Source of the DNA: a virus
Taxonomy: Duplodnaviria > Heunggongvirae > Uroviricota > Caudoviricetes
DNA length: 64,000 nucleotides
Direction: 5' to 3' (one strand)
IMG/VR virus record: IMGVR_UViG_3300025713_000004
Positions 8,976-18,947 of the stretch are shown here, piece by piece. The notes beneath the pieces were generated by a model. It did no database searches. It worked only from the letters and a program-made list of their open reading frames with translations, and was not told the DNA's origin. Each line of letters starts with the position of its first letter. Within the stretch, counting starts at the first letter, position 1. A program made the translations under genes and the position numbers.

Positions 8976-9539
8976 ATGAAAAAAAGAAAACAATTTATTG
9001 ACCTAGAATCAAATCGAATGGGTTTATTTATGAACAATAATTCATTTGATTTGGATATTATGTATGGTAGAAATTATTTACAAACAGATAATGCTCAAGA
9101 AATTATACTATATAAAATAAATGTTATTGAAAGTAAAACACATGACCTTTATGGTCAAGCAAAAGCAAAAGATAAAAAATATTTACCACCAGTAAGATTG
9201 TCCGTTATGGTTAATGTTGAACAAAGTAAGCAAGAATATTATGGTAATAATCAAAGCGGTATTGTTCGTGATGATACGGGTAGTTTGATTTTTGGTGTTT
9301 ATTTAAAAGAATTGGAAGATAAAAAAATTGATATTGATAGGGGCGATATTGTTATGTATAACATGAGTGGTGAAAAAAATAGATTTTATGAAGTTGAAAA
9401 TGCTAATAATGTTACCGATGAAACAACTAAAACAATTGGTGGATTTAAACCATATTGGAAACGTGTAACGGCAGTTCCAGTGCGTAGTGATGTTGTCGCA
9501 TTATTCGAAGGTGGTGAACATGGAGAATTTAGAGTTTAA
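8976..9539 (+). CDS. putative virion structural protein (function unknown)
   Basis: The 187-aa protein has the same balanced composition. GTATTTATA lies 19 nt upstream. Confidence 0.4.
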   Translation: MKKRKQFIDLESNRMGLFMNNNSFDLDIMYGRNYLQTDNAQEIILYKINVIESKTHDLYGQAKAKDKKYLPPVRLSVMVNVEQSKQEYYGNNQSGIVRDDTGSLIFGVYLKELEDKKIDIDRGDIVMYNMSGEKNRFYEVENANNVTDETTKTIGGFKPYWKRVTAVPVRSDVVALFEGGEHGEFRV

Positions 9540-10143
9540 TTTTATTTTTTATAAATCTTCTCCAAATAAATGAATAAAATGGTTGCCAATCGTTAAACTC
9601 AACAATACAAATCTCACCATTTTTTAATGTTTTATTTTCTTTATCATCACAATATTTATATTTTTCAACATCATTCCAATATATTCTATAAAAATCATCA
9701 TCCGTTTCAAAAGAAAGCGAATGATTTAATTTTTCAATATGATTAAAATTTTTTTGAATAAAATTATCTCTACAATCTATTGCAAATAAACTATTAAATG
9801 TTGGTGATGATTTAATAAATAACGAAAAATTATTACCGTAATCTTTTCTTGCTATTAAATTTAGTGCCTTCCAATATGTTCTAGGTAATTCATAATCCCA
9901 TTCTTTTTGTGTTGTGGCATATTCATATTCAATTTTACATATCAATTTCTTTTTTTTATCACCACTAATTTGTATTAATATAATATCGTTTTTATTGTAT
10001 TGATTTTCACATTGAATTTCAAAAAAAATACCACATTTAACAAAAAAAAGTGGCATGTTTTTATTCAAATAATGACACATTATAAATTCATTTTGATGAT
10101 TAATTTTATAATATTCATCAACCGCATTATAATTTTTCCCCAT
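9529..10143 (-). CDS. hypothetical protein
   Basis: A 204-aa ORF on the same strand as the thyA/dut block. Confidence 0.4.
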   Translation of the reverse strand: MGKNYNAVDEYYKINHQNEFIMCHYLNKNMPLFFVKCGIFFEIQCENQYNKNDIILIQISGDKKKKLICKIEYEYATTQKEWDYELPRTYWKALNLIARKDYGNNFSLFIKSSPTFNSLFAIDCRDNFIQKNFNHIEKLNHSLSFETDDDFYRIYWNDVEKYKYCDDKENKTLKNGEICIVEFNDWQPFYSFIWRRFIKNKIKL

Positions 10144-10384
10144 TATTTAACAAATGTTTATTCTTAATTTTATTCAATTCTTCTGATAATATTTTGTGTT
10201 GGTCTTCTGATTGAATACCTAAATCATCACCAAATTCAATGAAAATATCAATAACAAATTTAATATATTCTTTTTCTTTATTAGATAAATAAATGCTTTT
10301 TTTTATAAAAAGAAATAATCCTATTGAAAGAAATAGAATTATTAATATTAATAAAATAATTAATATAATGCATATTATTGTCAT
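10127..10384 (-). CDS. small membrane protein (one transmembrane helix)
   Basis: The 85-aa protein has an N-terminal run, IICIILIILLILIILFLSIGLFLFI, that reads as a single transmembrane segment. Confidence 0.4.
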   Translation of the reverse strand: MTIICIILIILLILIILFLSIGLFLFIKKSIYLSNKEKEYIKFVIDIFIEFGDDLGIQSEDQHKILSEELNKIKNKHLLNNGEKL

Positions 10385-10408
10385 TCATTAAATTAATTCA
10401 AATTTTAA

Positions 10409-11479
10409 TTACTTTTTTTGGTCTTTAGATAATCCAACAAACAATTCAAAATTTATTTTAGAATGTGATTGATAATTTACCAATTCAAAATCATCAATTG
10501 TTAAATTTGTTATATCTTCAAGTGTGTTTAAATTTTTATTAATTTTCATTTTCGGTAATTCAAAGGGCTTTCTTTTTGTTTGATTTTTAATATTTTCAAT
10601 ATGATTAAGATAAATATGTGTACATCCACCAATCCATATAGCAACACTTGGAATCATATTACATGCTTTTGCCATTAACATTAATAATAAACTCATTGAT
10701 GCTAAATTATATGGAACACCAAGCGCAACATCACATGAACGTTGATACATGTTTAAATCAAGATAAAATTTGGGTATGTTATTTGTTTCCAATAAATCTA
10801 AATTTGTTTCAAATAACATTTTTGGTAATTTTAATTCTTTTACTGCATATTTAATGCGTTCTTTTTTCGTTAATGGTCTTACAATAAAATGATAAAGTAA
10901 ATGACAAGGTGGTAATGCCATGTTATTAAAATCAGATTTATTCCAAGCATTTATAATATGATAACGACTATATGGATTATTTTTTAAACCATCAATAACA
11001 TCTTTAACTTGGTCAATACCATTTTGATTTCTCCATTGATAACCATAAACTTTATCCAAATCACCATATGTATATGTTACATATCTTTCATATGGATGTT
11101 CTTTAGTTGGGTTTGGGTTATTAACTTTTGTTTTTTTTCCTCTTTTTACATTATCAATAAATTCATCAAAAGATATTATAGGTGCGCCTAATTTAACATA
11201 TTTATCATTATACCACCTATAGGCATCATCATTCCATATGTTAACATTATTATTAACTAAATATTTAATATTGGTATCACCACGTAAAAACCATAATAAT
11301 TCATGTACAATACCCTTCCAATACATTTTTTTTGTTGTTAGTAATGGAAATCCGTTTTTCAAATCCATTTTTATAGAACTTTTTGAAATTTCTAAAGTGT
11401 TTGGCATATTAGCCCTACCACTTTCTTTTTCAACACCATTTTTTAAAATATTATTAACTAAATTTATATATTGTTTCAT
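10409..11479 (-). CDS. thyA: thymidylate synthase (ThyA family, dUMP-specific residues, with ~90 extra aa of insertions)
   Basis: It starts MKQYINLV...FPLLTTKK as E. coli ThyA starts MKQYLEL...FPLVTTK. The conserved blocks are HELLWFLRGDTN, GDLDKVYGYQWR, RYHIINAWN, the catalytic ALPPCH, and YQRSCDVALGVPYNLAS. The Asp/Asn pair in that last block is the dUMP-specifying pair, not the dCMP-hydroxymethylase pair. A final block is GGCTHIYLNH. Large inserts make it 356 aa. Confidence 0.85.
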   Translation of the reverse strand: MKQYINLVNNILKNGVEKESGRANMPNTLEISKSSIKMDLKNGFPLLTTKKMYWKGIVHELLWFLRGDTNIKYLVNNNVNIWNDDAYRWYNDKYVKLGAPIISFDEFIDNVKRGKKTKVNNPNPTKEHPYERYVTYTYGDLDKVYGYQWRNQNGIDQVKDVIDGLKNNPYSRYHIINAWNKSDFNNMALPPCHLLYHFIVRPLTKKERIKYAVKELKLPKMLFETNLDLLETNNIPKFYLDLNMYQRSCDVALGVPYNLASMSLLLMLMAKACNMIPSVAIWIGGCTHIYLNHIENIKNQTKRKPFELPKMKINKNLNTLEDITNLTIDDFELVNYQSHSKINFELFVGLSKDQKK

Positions 11480-11505
11480 GCTTTTATTTTTTTTGTTTTA
11501 TGTTT

Positions 11506-11979
11506 TTATTTACCCGTACTACCAAAACCACCCCTATCTTTTGAATTTAATTTATCAACTTCAATAAATTCAATTTTATTATCAAAAATCCATTTAAGTT
11601 TAGCCCACCAAGGTGCTTTCATTGTAGGTCTTATTTCAAACTGACAAATTCTATCACCAGTTGATATTTTTGTTGACCTTAATGCAATAGCACTAAATTT
11701 CCAAATATCGTTATTACCCGAATAACCATCCGTGTGTTTATCAGGACCGTCAACCACTCCGTAATGATTTCCTTGAATTACACCGAATTTAGAAAAAGTT
11801 CCACTTCTAGGAACAACACTACCCTGATAATATTTTGGTAATTTCATTGATACTCCCAATGGTATTAATGCATGTTCAAATTCATTTAATTCAATATCAA
11901 TTGATGATTTTAAATCAAACCAATTACCATGTGATTCAATTTTACAATTAGGATTATGATATTTGATTAAAATTTTCAT
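11506..11979 (-). CDS. dut: dUTP diphosphatase (dUTPase)
   Basis: From the internal ATG (MKILIKYHNPNC..) the protein carries dUTPase motifs: RSGTFSKFGV (motif II/III region), GVVDGPDKHTDGY, GDRICQF and the C-terminal RGGFGSTGK (motif V). The ORF track's upstream extension to 12075 adds a hydrophobic leader of doubtful reality. Confidence 0.8.
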   Translation of the reverse strand: MKILIKYHNPNCKIESHGNWFDLKSSIDIELNEFEHALIPLGVSMKLPKYYQGSVVPRSGTFSKFGVIQGNHYGVVDGPDKHTDGYSGNNDIWKFSAIALRSTKISTGDRICQFEIRPTMKAPWWAKLKWIFDNKIEFIEVDKLNSKDRGGFGSTGK

Positions 11980-12224
11980 AATTTTATTTATCTTTTGTTT
12001 TATAACCTTTAAGAAAAAACATTTTAAATGGAATAAAAGACTTAATAAAATTATTATTTTTTTCAAAAAATTCACTTCTTTGAAATATTGTTATTATTAC
12101 AATAAGATAATAAACAAATAAAATAATTATAATTCCAAAAATAATTAAACTTATCATGGCTTTATTTTTTTTTTATTAAATTAAATATTAAAAAATTATT
12201 CACTTCCCTTATTTTATTGTTTGT

Positions 12225-13454
12225 TTATTTGTTTTTATTCAAATCTTCCATCTTTTTCATAACATCCAATCCCATGCTAACACCAATCATATCCATTGGA
12301 TTTGCACCACCTTTACCTTCATTTCCCACAATAATCATTGTTGGTACTTTAATTTTAGCAAGTTCAGTTGCAACACCAACTTTTGTTTTATATTCCCATT
12401 CAACACGTTCTTGTGGTGTAAGTCCTGCGGAAACCTTAAGTCTTGCTGCTTCTGCTTCACCTTGACCCTTTGAAATTAATGCTTTACGTTCTTCTTCTGC
12501 TTCTTTTGCCTTAAACATTGCTACTTTATATGCTTTTTCTGCATTAAGTTCTGCGACTTCTTTTTCTTTCTGTGCAATTGTCACTTGTTTAATTTTATCA
12601 ACTTCTTGGTCTGCTTTTTCTTTAGCAATTCGTGTTTCACCTTTGGCTTTTTCTGTAATAGCATCTTGTTGTGCTTTTTGTGCATCCTTTCTTGAATCAA
12701 TTAATGCTATTAATTTATCATCAAAATCCATATCCTTAATATTAAATTGTGGTAAAGTGATATCATATTTACCAAGCAACGATTCTTTCATTATTATAGG
12801 TTTTCCTGTAGTATCTCTATTTACACTATAATGTTTAATTTCTTGATTTTGACCTGCTGAATTTGTAATAAATTCACTTCTTACTTTAGATTCATATAAA
12901 CCAAATAATGCTTGTTCTTTCGATAATCGAATAAATTCAGAACGTTTATTGGAATATGCTTCTTCAGCAGACATTAATGTGGCAGTATTTTTTAATGCTT
13001 CCGTAATTTGTTGTTTAATCATATACTGAAGATTAGAATTATTACCATATTTAATATGAAGTTCAATTTGAATTTCTGGAACTAATGGTATTTCATATAA
13101 ACCAACAAAATCAATATCGGCATAACCATTCGGAAATAGTACACGTTCAGGTTTAATTTCTCTATTAGTAAGACTTTTATCACCCTTTTCTTTACTTAAT
13201 ATTACATCATCAGTAATTCGATATGTAGTAATTTTTCCAAAATTTTGCATATAAGTACCAGGTGTATTTCTAACACTCAACTTACCACTAATTAATGATT
13301 GTTTAACTTGATAATATCCTGCATTGTTTGTTTCAAATAGTTTAAAAATTGCAATAAGAATTAATGCAGAAATTACAACAAGTGATGTAATCATCATAAT
13401 TGAACGAGATTTCATAGCGTTCATTTTTGTTTGATTTTCATTTCTTCTTTCCAT
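12225..13454 (-). CDS. SPFH/band-7 (stomatin/prohibitin/HflKC-like) membrane protein
   Basis: An N-terminal transmembrane helix (IMMITSLVVISALILIAIF) is followed by an SPFH-like domain (YYQVKQSLISGKLSVRNTPGTYMQNFGKITTYRI...). A long Ala/Glu/Lys coiled-coil tail follows (KAQQDAITEKAKGETRIAKEKADQEV...AEEERKALISKGQGEAEAARLK). This is the HflK/C-stomatin architecture. Confidence 0.7.
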   Translation of the reverse strand: MERRNENQTKMNAMKSRSIMMITSLVVISALILIAIFKLFETNNAGYYQVKQSLISGKLSVRNTPGTYMQNFGKITTYRITDDVILSKEKGDKSLTNREIKPERVLFPNGYADIDFVGLYEIPLVPEIQIELHIKYGNNSNLQYMIKQQITEALKNTATLMSAEEAYSNKRSEFIRLSKEQALFGLYESKVRSEFITNSAGQNQEIKHYSVNRDTTGKPIIMKESLLGKYDITLPQFNIKDMDFDDKLIALIDSRKDAQKAQQDAITEKAKGETRIAKEKADQEVDKIKQVTIAQKEKEVAELNAEKAYKVAMFKAKEAEEERKALISKGQGEAEAARLKVSAGLTPQERVEWEYKTKVGVATELAKIKVPTMIIVGNEGKGGANPMDMIGVSMGLDVMKKMEDLNKNK

Positions 13455-13473
13455 TTCTTTATAATTTTAATAG

Positions 13474-13779
13474 TTAAAAATTTTTTGTTAAATTATCTAA
13501 ATTATTAAAAATTTCATTTATTTTATTTTCAGTAATATCTTCATTATTTAAACGTTCAAAATATTCATTATCAATATCTTCATTAAACTTTATCAGTTCA
13601 TCTATCTTTGATAATGCAAATTTTGCTTGTGTACCATTGTCTATTATAATTTTTCTATCTTTAAATTTTGAATCACTTGATGGTAATTTATAATTTTCTT
13701 CATCGGAATAAAATTCAAGTATTTTCTTAACTAAAAGAAATAAATTATCATATTGTTCAATTGTGATATTATTCATCAT
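13474..13779 (-). CDS. hypothetical protein
   Basis: 101-aa ORF. Confidence 0.35.
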   Translation of the reverse strand: MMNNITIEQYDNLFLLVKKILEFYSDEENYKLPSSDSKFKDRKIIIDNGTQAKFALSKIDELIKFNEDIDNEYFERLNNEDITENKINEIFNNLDNLTKNF

Positions 13780-14113
13780 CCAAAATTTGATTATTTTTTT
13801 TCCATTCTGAAATTATTTTTTTTATTTCATCAATTTCATTGGGATATAGTTTATACTCTTTATATGTTGGATATTTTTCATTATTTCTTATATTACTATG
13901 AAAATATTTTCCTTGGGATTCTGCATTTTCAAAATCATCATAAATTTCTTGGGTTATGTTTAAATATGAATATGTATTTCCTTTATTAAAGACAATATAA
14001 AGTTTTTCACTTTTGGGAAAATATGTACTTTTTAATATATTTTGTGAATTATATATTGCATCAACATATCCAATTTCATTATTTTCTATATGTACCTTTT
14101 TTTCAACTAACAT
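13769..14113 (-). CDS. hypothetical protein
   Basis: A 114-aa ORF overlapping the previous ORF by 11 nt. Confidence 0.35.
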   Translation of the reverse strand: MLVEKKVHIENNEIGYVDAIYNSQNILKSTYFPKSEKLYIVFNKGNTYSYLNITQEIYDDFENAESQGKYFHSNIRNNEKYPTYKEYKLYPNEIDEIKKIISEWKKNNQILDDE

Positions 14114-14230
14114 GTTTTATTTTTTTTATACAAAGATATTTTTAATTTTATAAAAAACAAAATTTCAAAAAAATTTACATTAATATTATATAAATCCAAT
14201 AAACATATAACCATTATTAATAAAAAAATA

Positions 14231-14240
14231 AGTATTTATA
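14231..14240 (+). promoter_or_regulatory. candidate late-promoter element AGTATTTATA
   Basis: One of at least ten A[C/G]TATTTATA 10-mers placed 13-45 nt upstream of start codons in the structural-gene orientation. This one is 13 nt upstream of the ATG at 14254. Confidence 0.35.
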
Positions 14241-14253
14241 AAAAAAACTAATA

Positions 14254-15018
14254 ATGGCACTTCCAAAAAAAAATAAAACAAAACTTGATATTCGACCACC
14301 AAAAATTGGTAGTGAATACCTTAAATATGGTATGGATAGAATTGAAGAATTGATGAATGCTACCGATATTAAAACGAATTATTTACCAAGAACAATTCTT
14401 TTAGAAGATATGGATAGGGGTATATTTAACCATATCAATTCAAAAAATCTTAAAATTGTGATTGATGGTAAAATAGTTCCCACATTCTATTTGGATAATG
14501 ACAGATGGGGTGAATATAGTAAAACTTGGAAGTTTGTTGACGATGATAAAAACGTACCAACACCATATGTAACCATTAGAAGAATTAATAAAGAAATTGG
14601 TACTAGATTGGGTAATAAATATTTAGTGCCACAACTTCGTAAATTTAAGTATATGGATGTTCCAATACTTGATGAAGGAGAAGTAATCTATTTAAGATTT
14701 AAAATGCCAGAACCCGTTAATGTTGATTTAACATATGAAGTTGTTTTATTCACCAAATATCGTGTTGATGTTAATCAGTATGATGAACAGGTGTTAAGAA
14801 ATTTTGCATCACGTCAAGACTATATCCATATTAATGGTAATCCTTTACCTTTACTTTTTGAAGGATTTACTGAATCAAACCCAATTGAAAATATTGATGG
14901 TGATAGATATTTTGTTTCTAAATACACATTAAAACTATTGGGCTATATTCGTGATGAAAAGGATTATGAAATTGTAAAAACCACAAGAAAACCAAGATTT
15001 ACAACAACAATTATATAA
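14254..15018 (+). CDS. hypothetical protein, probably virion-associated
   Basis: The 254-aa protein has balanced composition. The motif instance at 14231-14240 precedes it. Confidence 0.45.
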   Translation: MALPKKNKTKLDIRPPKIGSEYLKYGMDRIEELMNATDIKTNYLPRTILLEDMDRGIFNHINSKNLKIVIDGKIVPTFYLDNDRWGEYSKTWKFVDDDKNVPTPYVTIRRINKEIGTRLGNKYLVPQLRKFKYMDVPILDEGEVIYLRFKMPEPVNVDLTYEVVLFTKYRVDVNQYDEQVLRNFASRQDYIHINGNPLPLLFEGFTESNPIENIDGDRYFVSKYTLKLLGYIRDEKDYEIVKTTRKPRFTTTII

Positions 15019-15022
15019 TACA

Positions 15023-15823
15023 CTATTGTTCATTAGTATATGTTCCAGTATTAGGATTAAATTTATTCCCACCTTCTGGATATTTTTGTTGAATATAGTT
15101 AGTTTTATTAAATGTATTATTAATTTTATCAACATATTGTGATTTTGGTAATTCATAGGCTTTAAATTCAGATAAAATTGGTGGTTGTGGTTTAAAGTAC
15201 CATGTTTTTTCTTTTTTATTAAAAATAACATCAAAATACATTATTTCTTCAGTATTATTAATCAACTGATTATTATATTTTGCATAATTATAAAATAATG
15301 ATAAAATACCCGTTTCTGCATTATAGAAACTTAACTTTAAAAAACAACCAAATTCGTTTTTTTCTTGTTTATTTATATATGATATTGGAACATCAAAAAA
15401 AGATAGTTGTGTATCTTTTGTTGTTGTTATTATATATTTCGGTTTATTATCATTAGCATAGTCAATAAATTTTGTGAAATATGTTCTAAAAATTTTATTT
15501 TGTGTGTTGGAATTAAAACTATCATAAAAATCAAATATAAAAAAACTATTTTGAATAAATTTTGTTTTATTATTTTCAAAAGGAAATTCGTTGTAGTGTG
15601 ATGTTTTACCTTTGAAATAAAAATAAAATATTTGAGAACCACCAACATTAGATTTTTTAAATCTACAGACTTCTTCATCAATAATTGGATTAATTAAAGA
15701 ATTACCTACATTTTCAACTAAATTATTCAATGAATTAATAATAATATCATTTTTAGAATTTAATTGAAAATTTATATTTAAATCTTTTCCTGAAAATTTT
15801 AATCTTTTTTTATTTATAAGCAT
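15023..15823 (-). CDS. hypothetical protein
   Basis: A 266-aa ORF. Its stop overlaps the start of the upstream 545-aa ORF, suggesting translational coupling. Confidence 0.45.
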   Translation of the reverse strand: MLINKKRLKFSGKDLNINFQLNSKNDIIINSLNNLVENVGNSLINPIIDEEVCRFKKSNVGGSQIFYFYFKGKTSHYNEFPFENNKTKFIQNSFFIFDFYDSFNSNTQNKIFRTYFTKFIDYANDNKPKYIITTTKDTQLSFFDVPISYINKQEKNEFGCFLKLSFYNAETGILSLFYNYAKYNNQLINNTEEIMYFDVIFNKKEKTWYFKPQPPILSEFKAYELPKSQYVDKINNTFNKTNYIQQKYPEGGNKFNPNTGTYTNEQ

Positions 15824-17451
15824 GGTTTTCCAATATCATCTAAATTATTTTTTGGTTTAATTGAAGTAATTTCACCGTTTTTTGTATACCAAAGTTCATC
15901 AAATATATTTTTTGTTGTAATATCATTTAAATCGGGTGTAACTGAAAATATTGTTGGTGTAAAAATATAATGATTATCATTTAAAAACGGATGGTCTACA
16001 CCAATATTCGTTAATGGTTCAAAATAACCTTCTGGTAAAATTTCTCTCCAAATATATGTATTATTATTCAAAATATCAATTGCATGTTTTGGTATTTGTT
16101 CAATATTTTCATATATACTATCATTAGAACTAATACTATAAACATCACTGCTTAAATATCTTAATCTTATCGGTATAAATGGATTATATTTCCAAACTAA
16201 TCTTATTTTTAAATTATCTTCATTATAATGAAAAGTATATATATTGAATTTTTGTTCTAACAATAATTCTTGATTATAATTTTTTTTATCATATTTAACA
16301 ATATCAGAAATATATTCATTTTCATTATTAGTAACATAATCACCAATTGATAATAATTTACTGTTTAAAATTTTCATTTCATATTCATCATCTTCTTCAT
16401 CATACATCCAAGTGCAAAATTTTAACAATTCTGAATCATTATTACCATTATTTGATTCTATATATTTAGCATATAAATATAATTCAGTTATTGGGTATTC
16501 ATCATCTTTTGCAAAATCAGAAAGTTTAATTGTTTTATCAATATCCCAATAATAAATTTGTTCGTTATATACATTTTTTGAAAAACCAGCATTATGAATA
16601 GTAAAATCGTTAGGCGTTGCTAATACTTTAAATTTTCTTTTAATATTTTGAGAATCATTGTATAATTCAATTTTTATATAGTCTAAATAAACTTTTAGGG
16701 AATTACCTTTTACTATAATAACTATTTTACGTATAGGATTTTCATTGTCAATATCACAAGTATATGTTTTTTCACCATCTTCTGTAAGAGAAACATTAAA
16801 ATCTTTATAATTATCATCATCAAATTTTAATAAAACCCTAAAACTATCATTTTCAACATTACCATATACAGTTGTTTTAGTTTTAAAAACCAAAGTACCA
16901 TAGGATTCTATTATGTTTTTTGTCATTTGAATCGTACCATTTTGTAACATACCACTAGGATGTACTATTAATTCTGCTTGATTTGCTAATGTTTGTGACA
17001 TATAAGAATCTCCCTTAACAATAACATCCCATCCTCTTGGATAATCCGTTGGTTCTGATATTACCCAATCATCAAAATTTTCATCAATTAATATTTTTGG
17101 CTGTTCTTCTACTTCATCTAAATTTAATTCTGGTTTAACTAAATAAAAATCAAATGAATTTAAAATATTTTTAGAATTATTTTCACTTGGTTTAAAAAAA
17201 TCCTTTAATTCATTATAACCAAATTTGAGGTTATTTAATAGCGAAATCCATTCAAATTTACCATAAAATCTATAATTATCACTATTTTCTCTTTCTTTTA
17301 TATATTGTTCACTAGAACTAATAGTTTTATGAACATCATATTCAACAATTTCAGATATTTCATTCGTTAATGATATATTATCATGCAAATCAGTATTTGT
17401 AGAATCTATATTTTTTTTATCACCCAATAATATTTTTACCTGTTTATCCAT
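15814..17451 (-). CDS. hypothetical protein (large; possibly a tail or baseplate component)
   Basis: The 545-aa protein is preceded on its strand by AACTATTTATA, which reads tataaatagtt on the plus strand at 17469-17479, 17 nt from the ATG. Confidence 0.45.
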   Translation of the reverse strand: MDKQVKILLGDKKNIDSTNTDLHDNISLTNEISEIVEYDVHKTISSSEQYIKERENSDNYRFYGKFEWISLLNNLKFGYNELKDFFKPSENNSKNILNSFDFYLVKPELNLDEVEEQPKILIDENFDDWVISEPTDYPRGWDVIVKGDSYMSQTLANQAELIVHPSGMLQNGTIQMTKNIIESYGTLVFKTKTTVYGNVENDSFRVLLKFDDDNYKDFNVSLTEDGEKTYTCDIDNENPIRKIVIIVKGNSLKVYLDYIKIELYNDSQNIKRKFKVLATPNDFTIHNAGFSKNVYNEQIYYWDIDKTIKLSDFAKDDEYPITELYLYAKYIESNNGNNDSELLKFCTWMYDEEDDEYEMKILNSKLLSIGDYVTNNENEYISDIVKYDKKNYNQELLLEQKFNIYTFHYNEDNLKIRLVWKYNPFIPIRLRYLSSDVYSISSNDSIYENIEQIPKHAIDILNNNTYIWREILPEGYFEPLTNIGVDHPFLNDNHYIFTPTIFSVTPDLNDITTKNIFDELWYTKNGEITSIKPKNNLDDIGKPCL

Positions 17452-17560
17452 AAAACACTTTCTGTTTATATAAATAGTTATTAAAATAATATAATATTTT
17501 GTAACATTTTTTTACTATTTTCGTATCACTAAATAAACTAACAAAAAAATATTTAAAGCC

Positions 17561-18076
17561 ATGAAAAAACTAATTTATTTTATGATGATTGCAATAGTTG
17601 TAGCAACCAGTTGTAAAAAAGAAGAAATCGTTGAACCCGAACCACCAAAACCAATTCCCATTATTAGTTTTGAAGAACTAATTGGTTACTGGACTACAAT
17701 TAAATGGGAATATGATGGTAATACATATACGGAATGTGATGATGTTAAATTCCTTATGTGGCTTAATGATAAAGGTGCAATACTTTTAGAAATTGAATTT
17801 AATAATGACTATCCTTGGACGGATGATAATGGTGTACCTTGGGGCTTAGGTTTATTTCATGATATGTGTGGTGGTAATTGGGGTAGTGCAAATTATTATT
17901 TTATAGATATTGAAAAAAATCAAATTATTTTTGCTGACCATCTTAGTCTTGAAATTCGTGTATTATTTCAAGTATTGGAATACAACAAAGAAGAACAAAT
18001 ACTGAAATTTGAATTAACTAAAACTAAACCTAGTATGAGTTTTATTAATTCAATTTATACAATGAAAAAACTGTAA
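17561..18076 (+). CDS. secreted lipoprotein (signal peptidase II type)
   Basis: The N-terminus MKKLIYFMMIAIVVATSC has a lipobox VATS|C directly followed by acidic residues. A strong hairpin lies downstream. Confidence 0.55.
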   Translation: MKKLIYFMMIAIVVATSCKKEEIVEPEPPKPIPIISFEELIGYWTTIKWEYDGNTYTECDDVKFLMWLNDKGAILLEIEFNNDYPWTDDNGVPWGLGLFHDMCGGNWGSANYYFIDIEKNQIIFADHLSLEIRVLFQVLEYNKEEQILKFELTKTKPSMSFINSIYTMKKL

Positions 18077-18093
18077 ATGTTTAGCATTAAGTT

Positions 18094-18128
18094 CAAACTC
18101 ACCACTACTATCAATAGTGGTGAGTTTG
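18094..18128 (+). terminator. stem-loop (14-bp perfect stem, 7-nt loop) after the lipoprotein gene
   Basis: caaactcaccacta-ctatcaa-tagtggtgagtttg. It is not followed by a clean T-tract (gattattcaattt), so it may terminate weakly or act as a processing or stability hairpin. Confidence 0.45.
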
Positions 18129-18299
18129 GATTATTCAATTTAGTCTTTATATAATTATAATTAGTAGAATTATAAAAATTTATGATTTTTTATAGAATGA
18201 AAAGTATTTATTAAAAAATATAATTATTAACGTTTCATTTTAAACAAAATAATATAAAATTAGAACATTGTAAATATTTACAAAAATTTAAAAATTTTT

Positions 18300-18833
18300 A
18301 TGAAAATAATAATAAGAATATTTTTATATTTTCAACATATTTGGAAATTATTTATTGGTTTTCTATCAAAGAAAAAAATTCATAGTAATAATCCACAACT
18401 TAGTAGATTGATGGAATCAAATTTAAGTTTTAAAGAGTTAGAAATTAAAAGAAAAAAATTAATAAACAAAAAACTAAAGTTGTGTGCTGAATTAAACGCA
18501 TTTAAATACAATAAAATGGAACGTGGAATAGATTATAATATTTTAGACTTCAACGAAAAGAACGATAAAATTTCTCAAATAAATTCTTTGTTGAAAGGCA
18601 TAGAAGTTAAATTAAGAAAAATTGGTTATGTTTATGAATATATAAAAGAAATAGTTGCAAAGAATGAATTTAACGAAAAAATATTATTGAAAAATAGGTG
18701 TGAAATTATACTTGAAAAAAAATATGAATTACCATTAAATCAAGAAGATTTCATTGAAATATTTAAACTTTTAGATTTGAATGATGATGAAAATTTAATA
18801 TCAATAAGACATATTAAATCTATTAATAGTTAA
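18300..18833 (+). CDS. hypothetical protein
   Basis: A 177-aa ORF with coiled-coil-like composition. Confidence 0.35.
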   Translation: MKIIIRIFLYFQHIWKLFIGFLSKKKIHSNNPQLSRLMESNLSFKELEIKRKKLINKKLKLCAELNAFKYNKMERGIDYNILDFNEKNDKISQINSLLKGIEVKLRKIGYVYEYIKEIVAKNEFNEKILLKNRCEIILEKKYELPLNQEDFIEIFKLLDLNDDENLISIRHIKSINS

Positions 18834-18947
18834 TGGATTTAACATACCTATTATTGGCAGTAATAAATTTGAAATAAAAAATATTACTTAATAATATTAA
18901 TTTAATGTTTGATATTGATGATGAAATTGAAATAAAAAAATATTAAA

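Noticed and set aside
18094-18128. 14-bp perfect inverted repeat considered as a possible attachment or recombination site
   Set aside because: It is a single hairpin at the 3' end of a gene with no partner repeat elsewhere in the window. It is most simply a transcription terminator or RNA-stability stem-loop.
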